From Leucoraja ocellata (taxonomy: Eukaryota), in the NCBI GenBank assembly GCA_036785375.1, contig JAWMAR010000070.1, positions 7,502,001 to 7,566,000 on the forward strand: a DNA stretch of 64,000 nucleotides, written 5' to 3'. The notes below the pieces were generated by a model that worked only from the letters and a program-made list of their open reading frames with translations, had not been told where the DNA came from and did not search any database. Position 1 is the first letter of the stretch, and every line of letters begins with the position of its first letter. This document shows positions 35,906 to 50,200 of the stretch, piece by piece. The translations under genes and the position numbers were made by a program.

Positions 35906-38900
35906 GGGCCGGGATCTTTCTTCAGACTGATTGTAGGGGGAGGAGAAAGCTAGAAGAGGGGAGAGGCAGAACAACGAGTGGCAGGTAATAGATGGACACA
36001 GGCAAGGAAGGTTTTTGATAGGCAGATGTTTGGAACAAAGGCCAGCGATAAAAGCAGAAGGTGTGCAACAGGACGAGGAGTTGCAATTGTGAAGCTAGAG
36101 GGAGGAGAGTGACAGGAGGGGAGGGGAGGGAATGGAGGGGAGAATTAGGTAGGAGTCCTAGTGGGGCACAAGGAGGAGGGAGACAGGGGGGTAGAAAGGG
36201 GAGGGTATGGGGGAGAAGGGAGGGCGAGTTTGGAATTGTGGCCTACTTACCTGGGAAAAGATGGATCAGCTTTAGAGTGGTACACAGCAACGATTCACCA
36301 GACACAACACAGGAGATGCTGGAATCCTGAGCAAAATGCAAAGTGTTGGAGGAACTCAGTGGGTCAGGCAGCATCTGTGGAAGGAAATGGACAGGCGACC
36401 ATTTGGATGGGGACCCTTCTTCAAACTGATGAAGAAGGGTCCTGACCATTCCGTCCACAGATGCTGCCTGACCCGCTGAGTTCTTCCAGCAATTTGTTTC
36501 ATGTTCAACAAACTGAGATACTTGATACCGTGAGGAATATAGTGTTACAATAGGACGGTAGGGTTCAGCGGTAGAGTTGCTGCCTCGCAGTCCTTGCAGC
36601 GCCGGAGACCTGGGTTCGATCCCGACTACGGGCGCTGTCTTTACGGAGTTTGTACGTTCTCCTCGTGACTGCCGTGGGATTTCTCCAAGATCTTCGGTTT
36701 CCTCCCACACTCCAAGGACGTGCAGGTTTGTAAGTTATTTGGCTTGGTAAATGTAAAAATTGTCCCTAGTGTGTGTAGGATAGCGTTAATATGAAGGGAT
36801 CGCTGGTTGGTGCGGACTCAATGGGCCGAAGGGCCTGTTTCCACACTGTACCTCTAAGCTAAACTAAACTAAACTGCAGAGAAACTGCAGGTAAAAAAAA
36901 GTTCAAGGGTTACAATGAGGTAGATAGGAAGATCGGGAATTCATCCCTAATATATGAGAGGTATGTTCCAGTGCCTGGTTCAGAGGGAAAGAGCTGTTCT
37001 TGGACCTGGTGGTACATGCTTGCCTTTGTGTCTTCTGTAGATCTCATGATCTTTTGTAATCACCAACCAGCGATCGTGCCGTATACTAACATTATCCCAC
37101 ACACTAGGGACAATTTTACCAAAAACAATTACCCTGCAAAGCAACAATCACCCATATACTTGTTCTATCCCACACACTGGGGACAATTTACAGAAGCTAA
37201 TTAACCTACAAGCCTGCACGTCTTTGGAGTGTGGGGGGAAACCGGAGCACCCAGAGAAAACCCATGTGGTCACAGAGAGAATGTACCAACTCCGTATGGA
37301 CAGCACCTGCAGTCAGGATCGAACCCTTGTCTCTGGCGCTGTGAGGCAGCAACTCTACCACTGTGCCACCCACAGTGTGTTGGTGCATGCTCTTTTATGT
37401 ATCTTATATAACCATATAACTCCTTGATCTTCTGCAGATCAAGTCTCACAACGACAACTGGGGGATTTAAATCCTGTTAAATAAGTCAATCTACAATTAT
37501 AAGAGAAGTCCAGTTACTGCGATCATGAAAATCGAGATCATTTAGCGTAGGTCCCTTGTCCCCCCCTTACCTGGTCTACAGGTGTCTCCAGTTGCACCAA
37601 CATTGGTCTCTTGTCCAGTCGGGACAACTATGGGTGGACTGCTGTTGTTGGCGATGTCCGCCGTCTCCACAAAGACTCCACCGATGTCCAGCTGGAGATC
37701 AGGAGGAAGCAGAGGGAGCCTGGAGGGAGGTGCCCAATGTCGGGTGAACAGAGAGCAAGAGTCTGAGCCTTGGTCAGATGGACGAGGGTTTTGTAAAGAT
37801 TGGGGATGCGGCAATGACCAAGCGTGAGGAACAAGCCTCAGCTGACTGTGTGTGTCACCCTAACCACATCCTGCAGCAACATCTAGATGCTCAACAACAA
37901 CAGTCACATCGCAACCACATTGCAACACAGTTGGTTTGGTTTGGGTTAGTTTAGTTTATTGTCACGTGTACCGAGGTACAGTGAAAAGCTTTTGTTGCGT
38001 GCTATCCGTCAGCGGAAGGACGATTCACGATTACGATCGAGCCGTCCACAGTGTACAAGTACAGGATACAGGGAAAAACAGGCCCTTCAGCCCATCGAGT
38101 CCGCGCCTACCAACAATCACCCGGCCACTGCTCAGGACAATTTACCAAAGCCAATTAATCTACAAATCTGTACGTCTTTGGGAGCGCAGCCAAGTATCCT
38201 TACTCCTCTGATGATAGACGCAAAGTGCTAGAGTAACTTAGTGGGTCAGGCAGCATCTCTGGAGAGAAAGGCTGGGTGGCGTTTGTGGTTAGAACCCTTT
38301 TTCAGACCCAGTCGGAAGGAAGGTCGTGACCCGAAATGTCTGAAGAAGGGTTCCAACCAGAAACGCCACCCATCCTTTTCCTCCAGAGATGCTGCCTGTC
38401 CCGCTGAGTTACTCCAGCACCTTGTGACTATCTTTGGTATAAACCAGCATCTGCAGTTCTTTGTTTATACAGCCTCAGTCATGTGCTAGGTAGAACAAGT
38501 TGTCTGAAAATAGTGAAAGGCCTGGATAGAGTGGATGTGGAGAGGGTGTTTCCACTAGTGGGAGAGTCTAAGACTAGAGGTCTTAGCCTCAGAATTAAAG
38601 GACTTTCCTTTAAGAAGGAGATGAGGAGGAACCTCTTTAGTCAGAGGTTGGAGAATCTGTGGAATTCTTTGCCACAGAAGGCTGTGGAGCACAAGCCCAA
38701 GGCAATGGATATTTTAAAGCAGAGATAGATAGATTTTTGATTAGTACGGGTGTCGGGTTACAGGGAGAAGGCAGGAGAATGGGGTTAGGAGGGAGAGATA
38801 GATCAGCCATGATTGAATGGCGGAGTAGACTTGATGGGCCGAATGGCCTAATTCTGCTCCGATTACTTATGACCTTAAGACTGCTTAATGGTTTCAGAGA

Positions 38901-41900
38901 TTTCACTTTATCAAGGCTTTCTCTCTTCCTATTTCTCTTCCCAACGTCACCCTGTAACATGCACTCTTTTATTTATGGGGATGGACAGATGCAAAGTGGA
39001 AGATTAGTCATCCAGACCTGAAATCAAGTCGAGAGTCAAGGGTGTTTCATTGTCATTTGTACTGACAAAACCACAATGACATTTGTACTTGTGGCAGTGT
39101 AACAGGTCTGTACATATAGTGCACATAGATAATGTATAATAAGCAAAATATTCAATAAATTAATAACCCTAATAGTGCAAAAAGCCCAAAGTCCTTAGTG
39201 CAACCAAACCCAGTACCATAGTTCATCGATTAGTGACACAAGGAACTGTAGATGCTGGAATTGTGAGCTAAAGGCACAAATTGCTGGAGTAACTCAGCAG
39301 GTCAGGCAGCGTCTCTGGAGGACATGAAAGGTCACAGTTCGGGTTTGGACCCTTCTTCAGACTGATTGGAGTAGGGGGGGAGAAAGCCGGAAGAGAGGTG
39401 GGAGTGTGATGAAGCCTGGTGAGTGAAAGGTGGATCCAGCATTTTGTGTTTCCTTTTCATTTCTTTATTGCTTGACTTCCCTTGAAGGTCAACAACAAAT
39501 CAGTTCCACCTTCACCAACCCTCAGCATGAACCGGCCTCCCACACACTATTTGCCAAAGGCTATTTATGACAGTGACGATCACATGGTGGGTCCGGAGGT
39601 GGAGGACAGGTGTGGATCGTGGAAAAACAAGAGCAAGTTACCATCGTCCACACCCAACCTGAAAACAATCTGAGGACAGACGCAAAATGCTGGAGTAACT
39701 CAGCGGGTCAGGCAACATCTGTGGAGAACATGGATAGGTGACGTTTCACAGAGTGCTGGAGTAACTCAGTGGGTCAGGCAACATCTGCGGAGAACATGGA
39801 TAGGTGACGTTTCACAGAGTGCTGGAGTAACTCAGCGGGTCAGGCAGCATCTGTGGAGCTAAGGAAATAGGCAACGTTTCGTGCCGAAACCCTTCTGGAA
39901 ATAGGCAACGTTTCGGGCCGAAACCCTTCCGGGTTTCGGCCCGAAACGTTGTCTATTTCCTTAGCTCCATAGATGCTGCTGCACCCGCTGAGTTACTCCA
40001 GCACTCTGTGAAACGTCAACTGAAGATGATGCTTTATGCCAGAGATAGACACAGAGTGCTGGAGTAACTCAGCGGGTCAGGCAGCATCTGTGGAGAACAT
40101 GGATAGGTGACGTTTCACAGAGTGCTGGAGTAACTCAGCGGGTCAGGCAGCATCTGTGGAGAACATGGATAGGTGACGTTTCACAGAGTGCTGGAGCAAC
40201 TCAGCGGGTCAGGTAGCATCTCTGGAGGAAAGGAATAGGTGATCTTTCGGGTCGAGACCCTACTTCAGACCAACCCGTTGCCTGGTGGCCAAAACTGAAA
40301 GACATGCAATAGATCCTTCTGCTCATGAGCTGCCACAGACACATAATAATGGGAATAATGTTTAGTGCAAGGTAAAGTCCAGTAAAGTCTGATTAAAGAG
40401 AGTCCGAGGGTCTCCATCAAGGTGGGTGGTCAGTTTTGGTCACCCTGCTAGAGGAAGGTTTATCTGCAGGTTTATAAGACATTGGTTAGGCCGCATCTGG
40501 AGTATTGTGTGCAGTTCATTTCACTCCATTACTGGAAGCATGTCTAGTTTATTTTGTTTTAGTTTAGAGATACAGCGCAGAAACAGGCCCTTTGGCCCAT
40601 CGAGTCGGCTCCGACCATCGATCCCCGCACACTAACACAATGGTCGATGGACGATGACACGTTGGCCTGGCTCGCCTCAACGGAGCTGCAGGTCTAAAAG
40701 ACATACGACAGATGAAGAAGAACACAATCCTACAAACACTAGGGACAATTTACACTTATACCAAGTATTCAAACCCAAACCAATTAACCTACAAGGAAGG
40801 GAGTGCAGGAGAACGTACAAACTCTGCACAGACAGCACTCGTAGTCGGGATCGAACCCGGGTCTATGGCACTGTAAGGCAGCAACTCTACCACTGTGCCA
40901 CCCATCAATGAGTCATAATGCATGGAAAGAGACCAAGATGTCCCATCTGCCTGTGTTCGGCCAAATATTTTTTAAACATTGCCATAGCACCTTACCTCCT
41001 CTAGTAGCTCGTTCCAAACACCCACCACCCATTGTGTAAAAATATATGGAGGCTTTGGAGAGGTTTACTAGAATCACGCCTCGATTACAAGGAATTATCT
41101 ACATGGAGAGGTGTAAGATCTGCCATAAATTGGATATTTTCCCCTTATGTTTGACCTCTCAAAGTGTAACACCTCACACTAGCTCGGATTAAACTCCATC
41201 TGCCATTTCTCTGCCCATTTCTGTAGCTGATCTATATCCCGCTGATTATGATATATTTATCTGTATGTTTAGTTTAGTTTGGTTTGGAGATACAGTGCGG
41301 AAACAGGCCCTTCGGCCCATTAAGTCTGCGCCAACCAGCGATCACCCTGTACACTAACACTATCCTACACACACTAGGGACAGCAGTTTTACAGTTACAC
41401 CAAGCCAATACACCTGTACACACCTACACACCTGTACGTCTTTGGAGTGTGGGAGGAAACCAAAGAAACATAGAAACATAGAAACATAGAAATTAGGTGC
41501 AGGAGTAGGCCATTCGGCCCTTCGAGCCTGCACCGCCATTCAATATGATCATTGCTGATCATCCAACTCAGTATCCTGTACCTGCCTTCTCTCCATACCC
41601 TCTGATCCCCTTGGCCACAAGGGCCACATCTAACTCCCTCTTAAATATAGCCAATGAACTGGCCTCAACTACCCTCTGTGGCAGAGAGTTCCAGAGATTC
41701 ACCACTCTCTGTGTGAAAAAAGTTCTCCTCATCTCGGTTTTAAAGGATTTCCCCCTTATCCTTAAGCTGTGACCTCTTGTCCTGGACTTCCCCAACATCG
41801 GGAACAGTCTTCCTGCATCTAGCCTGTCCAACCCCTTAAGAATTTTGTAGAGGTAGAGAAGAAACCGGAGGAAATCTAAGCAGGTCTCAGGGAGAACGTG

Positions 41901-42492
41901 CAAACTCCGTATAGACAGCACCCATAGTCGGGATGGAACCCGGGTCTCCGCCGCTGTGAGGCAGCAACTCTACCGCTGCGCTATCGTAGCGCCCATGTGT
42001 TATTGCATTAGTTAAGCTGCAGCAAGTCAAAATGTCATTGTCCATTCTTGATACATATGGCAATTAAGCACTCTTGATTCTCTGCGTAGGAAGGAACTGC
42101 AGATGCTGGTTTACACCGAAGATGGACACAGCGTTCTGGAGTAACTCTGTGGGTCAGGTAGCATCGCTGCAGAGAGGGAATGAGTGACGTATCAGGTCGA
42201 GACCCTTGTTCAGACAGTCAGGGGAGAGGGAAACTTGAGGTATGAAAAGGTACAAAGAACAAACGAATGAAAGATATGAAAATAACAAATCAAAGCCAGC
42301 AATGAAGATCAAGGAAAGGTGGAGCCCACAATGGTCTATTGTTGACCGTGGGAAAAGGTGATAACGAGTAGATACAAACAGTGAAACTGGTAGTTTAAGA
42401 AGGAACTGCAGATGCTGGAAAAATCAAAGGTAGACAAAAATGCTGGAGAAACTCAGCGGGTGAGGCAGCATCTATGGAGCGAAGGAATAGGT

Positions 42493-42520
42493 GACGTTTC
42501 GGGTCGAAACCCTTCTTCAG
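42493..42520 (-). ncRNA. Minimal type I hammerhead-like motif of a Penelope-derived dispersed repeat
   Basis: Minus strand CTGAAGA-A-GGGT-TTCG-ACCC-GAAA-CGTC; degenerate copies at ~38340, 39340, 40245, 48295, 55870. Confidence 0.55.
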
Positions 42521-42964
42521 ACAGGTAGGAAGACTAGTGTGGGGGAATAAAGGAGAGAGAGGAAATGCAGGAATTACATGAAATTAGTGAAATTAATATT
42601 CATACCGCTGGGTTGTAAGTTTTCTAGTTGCCTACCATGGGTATAGAATAACTAGATGAATGGAATGTGGAAATGAGGAACTGAAGATGGGTCCTGACCC
42701 AAAATGTCACCTATCCATGTTCTCCACAGATGCTGCCTGACCCGCTGAGTTACTCCAGCACTCTGTGTCCTTTCCGGAATGATCAGATTGAGTGCGCTTT
42801 ATTTGAATATCGAGTATTTGCTTTAATATAAAGAATGTTGCTGTACCTTAGTACATGTGATAATAAAGGACCCATTGTCCCAGCGCCTCTTGTGCTAAAC
42901 CTGGTAGGCACTGCCATCTTGTGGCCATAGGAAAACTGCAGTGTCAATTACAGAATCAAAGTTA

Positions 42965-44004
42965 AGGGCCTGTCCCACTTGGCCGACATTTGCGGGACCT
43001 CGTCGTCGCGTTGTGACGCACGGGTAGCGTGTGGGCGGCACGGGACAGTCACATGGAGAAGCGCGGAGGGGTATGGAGTTACACGCGGTATCGCGCGGAG
43101 CTCCAGGATTTTGTAGTGCACAAATCTTCGCGTGCCTCCGGCGTAATGTATCGCGTACGCACGCGGACGTATTGCGGTCGCACGCTGACGTACTGACCTC
43201 GTGCGTACAGAACTGTCGTGTACGAATCAACTATCACGAATATCTTGATTGCATATGCTTTTGATGGAGGAATGTAAGTGCATTTTGCAATGGAGTTTGA
43301 AATCAGAAAGTCCCCAGAGAATAAGTCATCTCTATTGAGTCATTTGTACCTGTATACATGTAGGTGACATATTGCCGTCGGCAGATCTGCCACGTTTGAT
43401 GCAGGTGATGATTCACTAAAAATTGCAAATATTCGGACACTTGACACTCTTACAGAGTTTAAAACATTTTGTTCAACGGGCAGCTGCACCGATAATTGAG
43501 TTTGCTGCTCAAGGTTCAATGTTAATGCAAGGTCAGGGAGTCAAAGAACAATATTCGGTATTTTGCTTATACGCTGAGTCGGCTCTGATTAATTTTATTT
43601 ATTTATTTTTTCCTCCAGCTTCACTCACAACGTGTCAAGTTCTCGTCATGTCGAACCCCCATCTCACGCCCCCAAGGGGACGCGCAAAAGTCACTTAATT
43701 AATGGGTGTTTAGCCATTCTCTCAGTGCAGGATACCATCCAACCGCAATACAGCATGGAGCAAACGTATATTCCGTGGGGGGGGGAGGGGAGGATGGGAA
43801 CATAACCCAAAACAACCAATTTTCTGAATTACACCATAATTCGAAAGAAAAGACAGTATTATGCTCGGAACAACTTTCCACTGGGTATTCAAATTACGTC
43901 ACGCGTTCCAGACGGCTGTGCTGACGCAGGAAGACGTGCGCGACTGTCGTGCATCAGTCCCCACTGGCCTGTCGTGTAAATGACGGCCAAGTGGGACAGG
44001 CCCT
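42965..44004. mobile_element. Non-autonomous PIF/Harbinger DNA transposon, 1040 bp
   Basis: TIR AGGGCCTGTCCCACTTGGCCG...CGGCCAAGTGGGACAGGCCCT, TTA duplication (42962-64, 44005-07), CpG-rich ends, no transposase. Confidence 0.9.
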
Positions 44005-44929
44005 TTACAGTAGGGATCATAGCCCATAGTTAAACCAGAATCAGAGGTGCCACATTGACATGTGGAACTAAACCGGCATTGTTCTACTATTAATACTACT
44101 ATCACTTATGACCAAACCTGAACACAATACTGGGGAGAAAGCAGGAACAGGGTACTGATTCTGGATGATCAGCCATGATCAAGTTGAATGGCGATGCTGG
44201 CTCGAAGGGCCTCATGGACTACTCCTGCACCTATTTTCTATGTTTCTACTGTCAAACAGTTTTATACAAGGTGCTATTACTGATTGAACAGGGTTTTTTT
44301 CAGTAGTGTTAAGGTTATTAATTTAGTGAAGTATTTTGTTTATTATATGTTATCTATGAGTATTGTGTTGACATCCTGTTCTGCTGCTGCAGGTAAGAAT
44401 GTAATTGTTCCATTGTTGGTACATATGACAATTAAACACTCTTTAAAGTTTAGTTTAGTGATACAGTGTGGAAACAGGCCCTTTGGCCCACCGAGTCCGC
44501 ACCGACCAGCGATCCCAACACATTAACACTATCTTACACAACAGGAACAAGTTTTACATTTATACCAAGCCAATTAACCGTTACGTCTTTGGAAACCCAC
44601 ACAGGTGACGGGGAGAACGTACAAACTCCATAGACTTGATGGGCTGAATGGCCTAATTCTACTATTCCTTATGACCTTATGATCACCAATCAACCATATA
44701 TTAATTCTATTCTACACACCAGGACATTTCTTGCACCTGCAGATCTTTGGAATGTGGGAGGAAACCAGAGCACCAGGAGGAAACCCAGGTGGTCCCAGGG
44801 AGAACATTTATAGTGGAGCCTATTTGGAGGTTGTTGTGTCTAATTGCCTGACGTTGTAGGCCTGGGCTATTGTAAGTATCTATGAAAGGAGATCTGTTGC
44901 AGAAGCTTTGCACCGACTGAACTATCTCT

Positions 44930-45159
44930 GCTACAAGTGTCTGCGCTCCATCAGAAATATCAATGGCTCCTCTCCCTGCAGCAGAAGAGGAGGGGGCAAG
45001 AGAAGACTTTGTGCTAACCACATTGATGGTATGTACGGTGATCTGAGGGACCCAGCCAACGTCTATCGATGCTTTAGAGGAGAAGCAATTGCACAATATT
45101 GTGCCCGTGGATTAGTGTTTGCCAAAGAATGTAAATATTGCAACAAGCTTGCCCTCTGA
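44930..45159 (+). pseudogene. Orphan terminal chitinase exon (linker + CBM14), apparently frameshifted
   Basis: CANHIDGMYGDLRDPANVYRCFRGEAIAQYCARGLVFAKECKYCN aligns with the chia CBM14. Linker VCAPSEISMAPLP is in another frame. AATAAA ~45222. Confidence 0.75.
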
Positions 45160-47224
45160 AATACTGCACATGCTCAAATATCAAACTATAATTAATCAAA
45201 CATTAGATTCCACGTGTTGCAAATAAAAATGACACAAATTAATTGACTGACAAATTATTTATTAAAATGATTTGTTAATTTGAAAGTTTGAGTGTGGAAG
45301 GAAACCGGAGAAAACCTACACAGGTCACGGGGAGAACGTACAAACTCTGTACAGACAGCACCCGTAGTCAGGATCGAACCTGGGTCTCTGGCGATGTGAG
45401 GCAGCAGCTCTACCCGCTGCGCAACGTGTCTGCATTCCTTTCTATACAACCAACATTCGCATTCACTCCAGGATGCTCACTGTTCTCGGCTGTAAAACTG
45501 CATGAGCCTGGATAAGTGGCTGCCGACAATGTTTGAAGGTCATGCTCTTTTTTGCTGACGGTGTTTGCTCGCTGACCATGACCTGCTGATATTCTGGCCG
45601 TCTTCTTTCGGTTGCAGAAAAAAACCCAATCAATAACATTTCAGCAGTGTCAATAGCCTTCGGGAGCACTCACTGAATGATGTCCTGACATTTCAGATAT
45701 TAAAGCGATCAACATGTCCCTATTGGGTTTTTACTGTTTAGTCCAATACGCGGAGGCTACCAGTCCCATCCAGTCATGGGAAACATATCGCAATACGTCA
45801 GAGTCAACACCAGTTGCTGGGTGACCTGACATTTCAGAGAGAGATGTGATCAACGGTCATGGCAAGGTGACCTTGTTTACAATGGAGCAGACACAAAGAC
45901 TTGTAGAGTTCGATAACACAGAAACAGGCCCTTCAGCCCACTGAATCATCCTACCACAACTAAAGAGCAGTCCTGCACTATTATCTATCTCATTGGTGAC
46001 CCTCGGACTATCTTTGATCGGACTTTACTGGCTTTACCTTGCACTAAACGTTATTCCCTTATCATATCTATACACTGCAAATGGCTCGATTGTAATCATG
46101 TATTGTCTTTCCGCTGACTGGTTAGCACGCAACAAAAGCTTTTCACTGTACGTCGGTACACGTGACAATAAACTAAACTAAATTCCGTCCACACTTTTAT
46201 ACCAAGAAAGACAAGCCTGGAACTTTTTGCCACTTGGATAATTCCACAGACTCACAAGACAGATAATTCCACAGACTCACAACTCTCTGTGAGAAAAAGT
46301 GTTTCCTCTTCTCCGTTCTAACTGGCTTACCCCTTATTCTTAAACTGTGGCCCCTGGTTCTGGACTCCCCCAACATCGGGAACATGTTTCCTGCCTCTAG
46401 CATGTCCAAACCCTTAAAAATCTTTGTTTCAATGAGATAACCTCTCATCCTTCTAAACTCCAGAGTGTACAAGCCCAGCCGCTCCATTTTCCCAGCATAT
46501 GACAGTCCCGCCATCCCGGGAATTAACCTTGTAAACCTACGCTGCACTCCCTCAATAGCAAGAATGTCCTTCCTCAAATTAGGGGACCAAAACTGCACAC
46601 AATACTCCAGGTGTGGTCTCACTAGGGCCCTGTACAACTGCAAAATGACCTCTTTGCTCCTATACTCAACTCTTGTTATAAAGGAGGGTCTCAACTTGAA
46701 ATGTCATCCATTCCTTCTCTCCAGAGATGCTGCTTGTCCCGCTGAGTTACTCCAGCACTTTGTATCACACGGGTCAAGGTAGATTGGAAAGAAGGATGAC
46801 AGACACAAAAAGCTGGAGTAACTTAGCGAATCAGGCAGCATCTCTGGAGGAAAGGAACAGGTGCCGTTTCGGGTGGAGATGTTTGGAGAGTCCACCACAG
46901 TCCACGGATGAGGTTCCAAGCTCCTCGGTAGCGGGGGAGAGTCAGACCCCTGGGAGAAGATGCTCCCATGTTGACTCTACACGCTGGGTTATCTAGTACC
47001 TTTGAACTTCAAACATTTCCTGCATTTCTACCCACATTTACCCTGTTCACTATCACTGTTTAGTTGATCATTTATTGGAATTGCGGCTGCATTTCTCCCA
47101 TTGCCCAGGTGACATTCTGACACTCTCCTGTTGTCGTGGGATATCCATAGGCAGGTCAGACAGAGACCAGTGCACAGTGCTAACTGGCATCAGTGGAAGA
47201 ACCTTCCCTGCACAAGAGGACAAG

Positions 47225-50200
47225 ATGGTAAAGATCATCTTCTGCGCTGGTAAGAATGACATTCAACTATATATCTGAACAATCAGAAGCTCGGTTAATG
47301 GCCTTAAACCTTGCAAACATGATGGATTTTTTAATCAATTTCTTGAAGCATCCTGCACAACTCTAATCCTACCCAACCAATCACTACGAACAACACCTTG
47401 CGCTACTGTGGACTTGTTTTCTCATTGTGTATTGTTGCCCCAATGTCTTCAGATTTATTTTTCCAGTATTTTTATTTTTCACCATCTTGTAGAGTGCTCC
47501 AGTTTTCTCCCACATGCCAAAGATGTGCGGGTTTGCAGCTTAATCGGCCTTGGTATATTGTCCCTAGTTTGTGGGGAGCCGGTGCAAAAGTGGGAAAACA
47601 TAGAACTATTGCGAACCGTTGATCGATGGTCGGCGTGGACTCGGTGGGCCACAGAGTTTCCATGATATATCTTTCAATCCATTCAATTTATACCTCATTT
47701 ATGTGCAATTCATCTAATATTTATATATGTTTTCGTCTGTTGTCCGAGTCCAAGATTTTCTATATTTTGTTTCTATTATTTCAGTGGGATTCCTGCTGTT
47801 GTTACAAGCATACAATGGTAAGCAGCATGCACTGAATTTATCCCATATCAACACCATGAATATTTATGCCGTCATCGGTCAAAGTTAATCTAATCAGCTG
47901 TCGTTTGTTGCAGAGTGAAAATCTCAAATACAGGTGTTGATAGCAATTTACTGTAGATCACAGTGAATGGCGGTGCTAGCTCGAAGGGCCAAATGGCCTC
48001 CTCCTGCACCTATTTTCTATGTTTCTACGTTAATCATTGTACGAAAATACTTTCATTTATTGAGCACAATACTGGGGGTGGGAGATTGCAACCTTCACGT
48101 GGTCCGCCCTGTTTCGATTAATTCAATCAACCCGACGGGCACAATCAAATAAGATCAAATAGAACAAGTTGTCCGACAACTTTAGGCTGTGCACGCCATA
48201 TGCAAGGGGATGAAGAAGAAGCACAAAGGTACACAAAATTGCTGGAGAAACTCAGCGGGTGCAGCAGCATCTATGGAGTGAAGGAAATAGGCAACGTTTC
48301 TGGCCGAAACCCTTCTTCAGACTGAATTAAGAAGAAGCACAATACTGGAGAACACAGATAGGTGACGATTTGGTGTAAGATTATTTTTCGGAATGAGCTT
48401 TGAAGCTGGGTCTCGACCTATCCATGTTCTCCAGAAATGATGCCTGACCCGCTGGGTTACTCCAGCACTTTGTCTCTTTTTGTGTAAACCAGCATCTGCA
48501 GTTCTTTGTTTCTGCTTTCATTTACACAAAGGCTATCTGCCAGTAGGAAGTGCTTCCATTTCGAAGCTTCAAATGGGTTTTCTAATTGCATTTAATAAAA
48601 AATTCAACTGACAACTTTTTTGAAACCAGTTTTAAGCCAGGACTACAAGATAGTTTGTTACTACACAAACTGGGCACATAAACGAGGAAACTGCAAGTTC
48701 CTACCAGAAGATATCAACCCCAAGTTATGTACACATCTGATCTACGCCTTCGCTGTTATTGGCAAGAACCATGAAATGGTCCCACAGCAGACAGAGGATG
48801 AAAACCTCTATGAGTCGTTTAATAATCTGAAAAAACGGTACGTGAATTTACGAGACCTTGCAACGATTGTTAACTTAAATGTTTAATTCCACTGCAAATC
48901 TCTTCACAGGAAACTATCACAATCAGTTGAGTGCAGGGGGATGAGGGGTGATCTCATTGAGCTGGATAAGATTATGTGAGGAATAGAGATGCACAGAGTC
49001 TCTTGCCGCGAGTAGTGGAATCGAGGACCAGAGGACAAATGTTTAAAGTGAAGCGGGAAAGATTTAATAGGAAGCTGAGGGGTAACGTCCTCACACAAAG
49101 GGTGGTGGGTGTATAGAACAAGCTGCCAGAGGAGGTAGTTGAAGCAAGCACTATCCCAACATTTAAGAAGCAGTTGGACAGGTACATGGATAGGACAGGT
49201 TTAGAGGGATGTGGACAAAGTGTGGGCAGGTGGGACTAGTGTGGCTGGGACATGTTGGCTGGTGTGGGCAGTTTGGGCTGAAGGGTCTGTTTCCACACTG
49301 TATCACTCTATATCTATCTCACTTTTTGTTTAAATGAGGAATTGGTTTTCAAAATCTATGCAGGAAATTACCATCAGCTTAATATTAAATATATGTAGGA
49401 ACATATTGTACCGTGCAGAAATGAGTCTAAAATAATGAGAGGAAATCTCTCATGAGAAAGGTTTCGGTGGTAACCATTAAGTGTCCTGTTAAAACAGTTA
49501 AGAGTTCAATACTGAAACTAATTAGTTAGTGTTGACAAATAGAACTTTTTTTTTTCACAATTCACAATTGCATTAAACCACTGTGGATTTATTCATCTTT
49601 AGTCATTTCCAATTCCCAAGCCTCCTTTAGTTTAGTTTGGTTTAGAGATATAGCGTGGAAACAGGCCCTTCGGCCCACCGAGTCCGCACCGACCAGCAAT
49701 TCCCGCGCATTAAGACTACCTTACCTACACACACACTAGGGACAGTTTACACTTAAACCAAGCCAATTAACCTACAAACCTGTAAATCTTTGGAGTGCGG
49801 GAGGAAACCGAAGATCTCGAAGAAAACCCACGCAGGTCACGGGGAGAACATACAAACACCATGCAGACAGCACCCATAGTCAGGATCGAACCCGTGTCTC
49901 TGGAGCTGCAAAAATCTGTAAGACAGTGCGGCCCAAAATTCTGATTTATTCAATTACTTAAATTTAAATTTTGTACTGGCTCCAGTGGGACTTGAACTCA
50001 TATCCCTGGATCAATAATCCAGCTCCCAGTCCACTCATTTAACTGTTCTCCCCGTGACCATGTGGGTTTCCTCCTCGTGCTCCGGTTTCCTCCCACTCCA
50101 AAGACACGCAGGCTTGTAGATTGAAGTCGGGTTTCGGCCCGAAACGTTGCCTATTTCCTTCGCTCCATAGATGCTGCTGCACCCGCTGAGTTTCTCCAGC

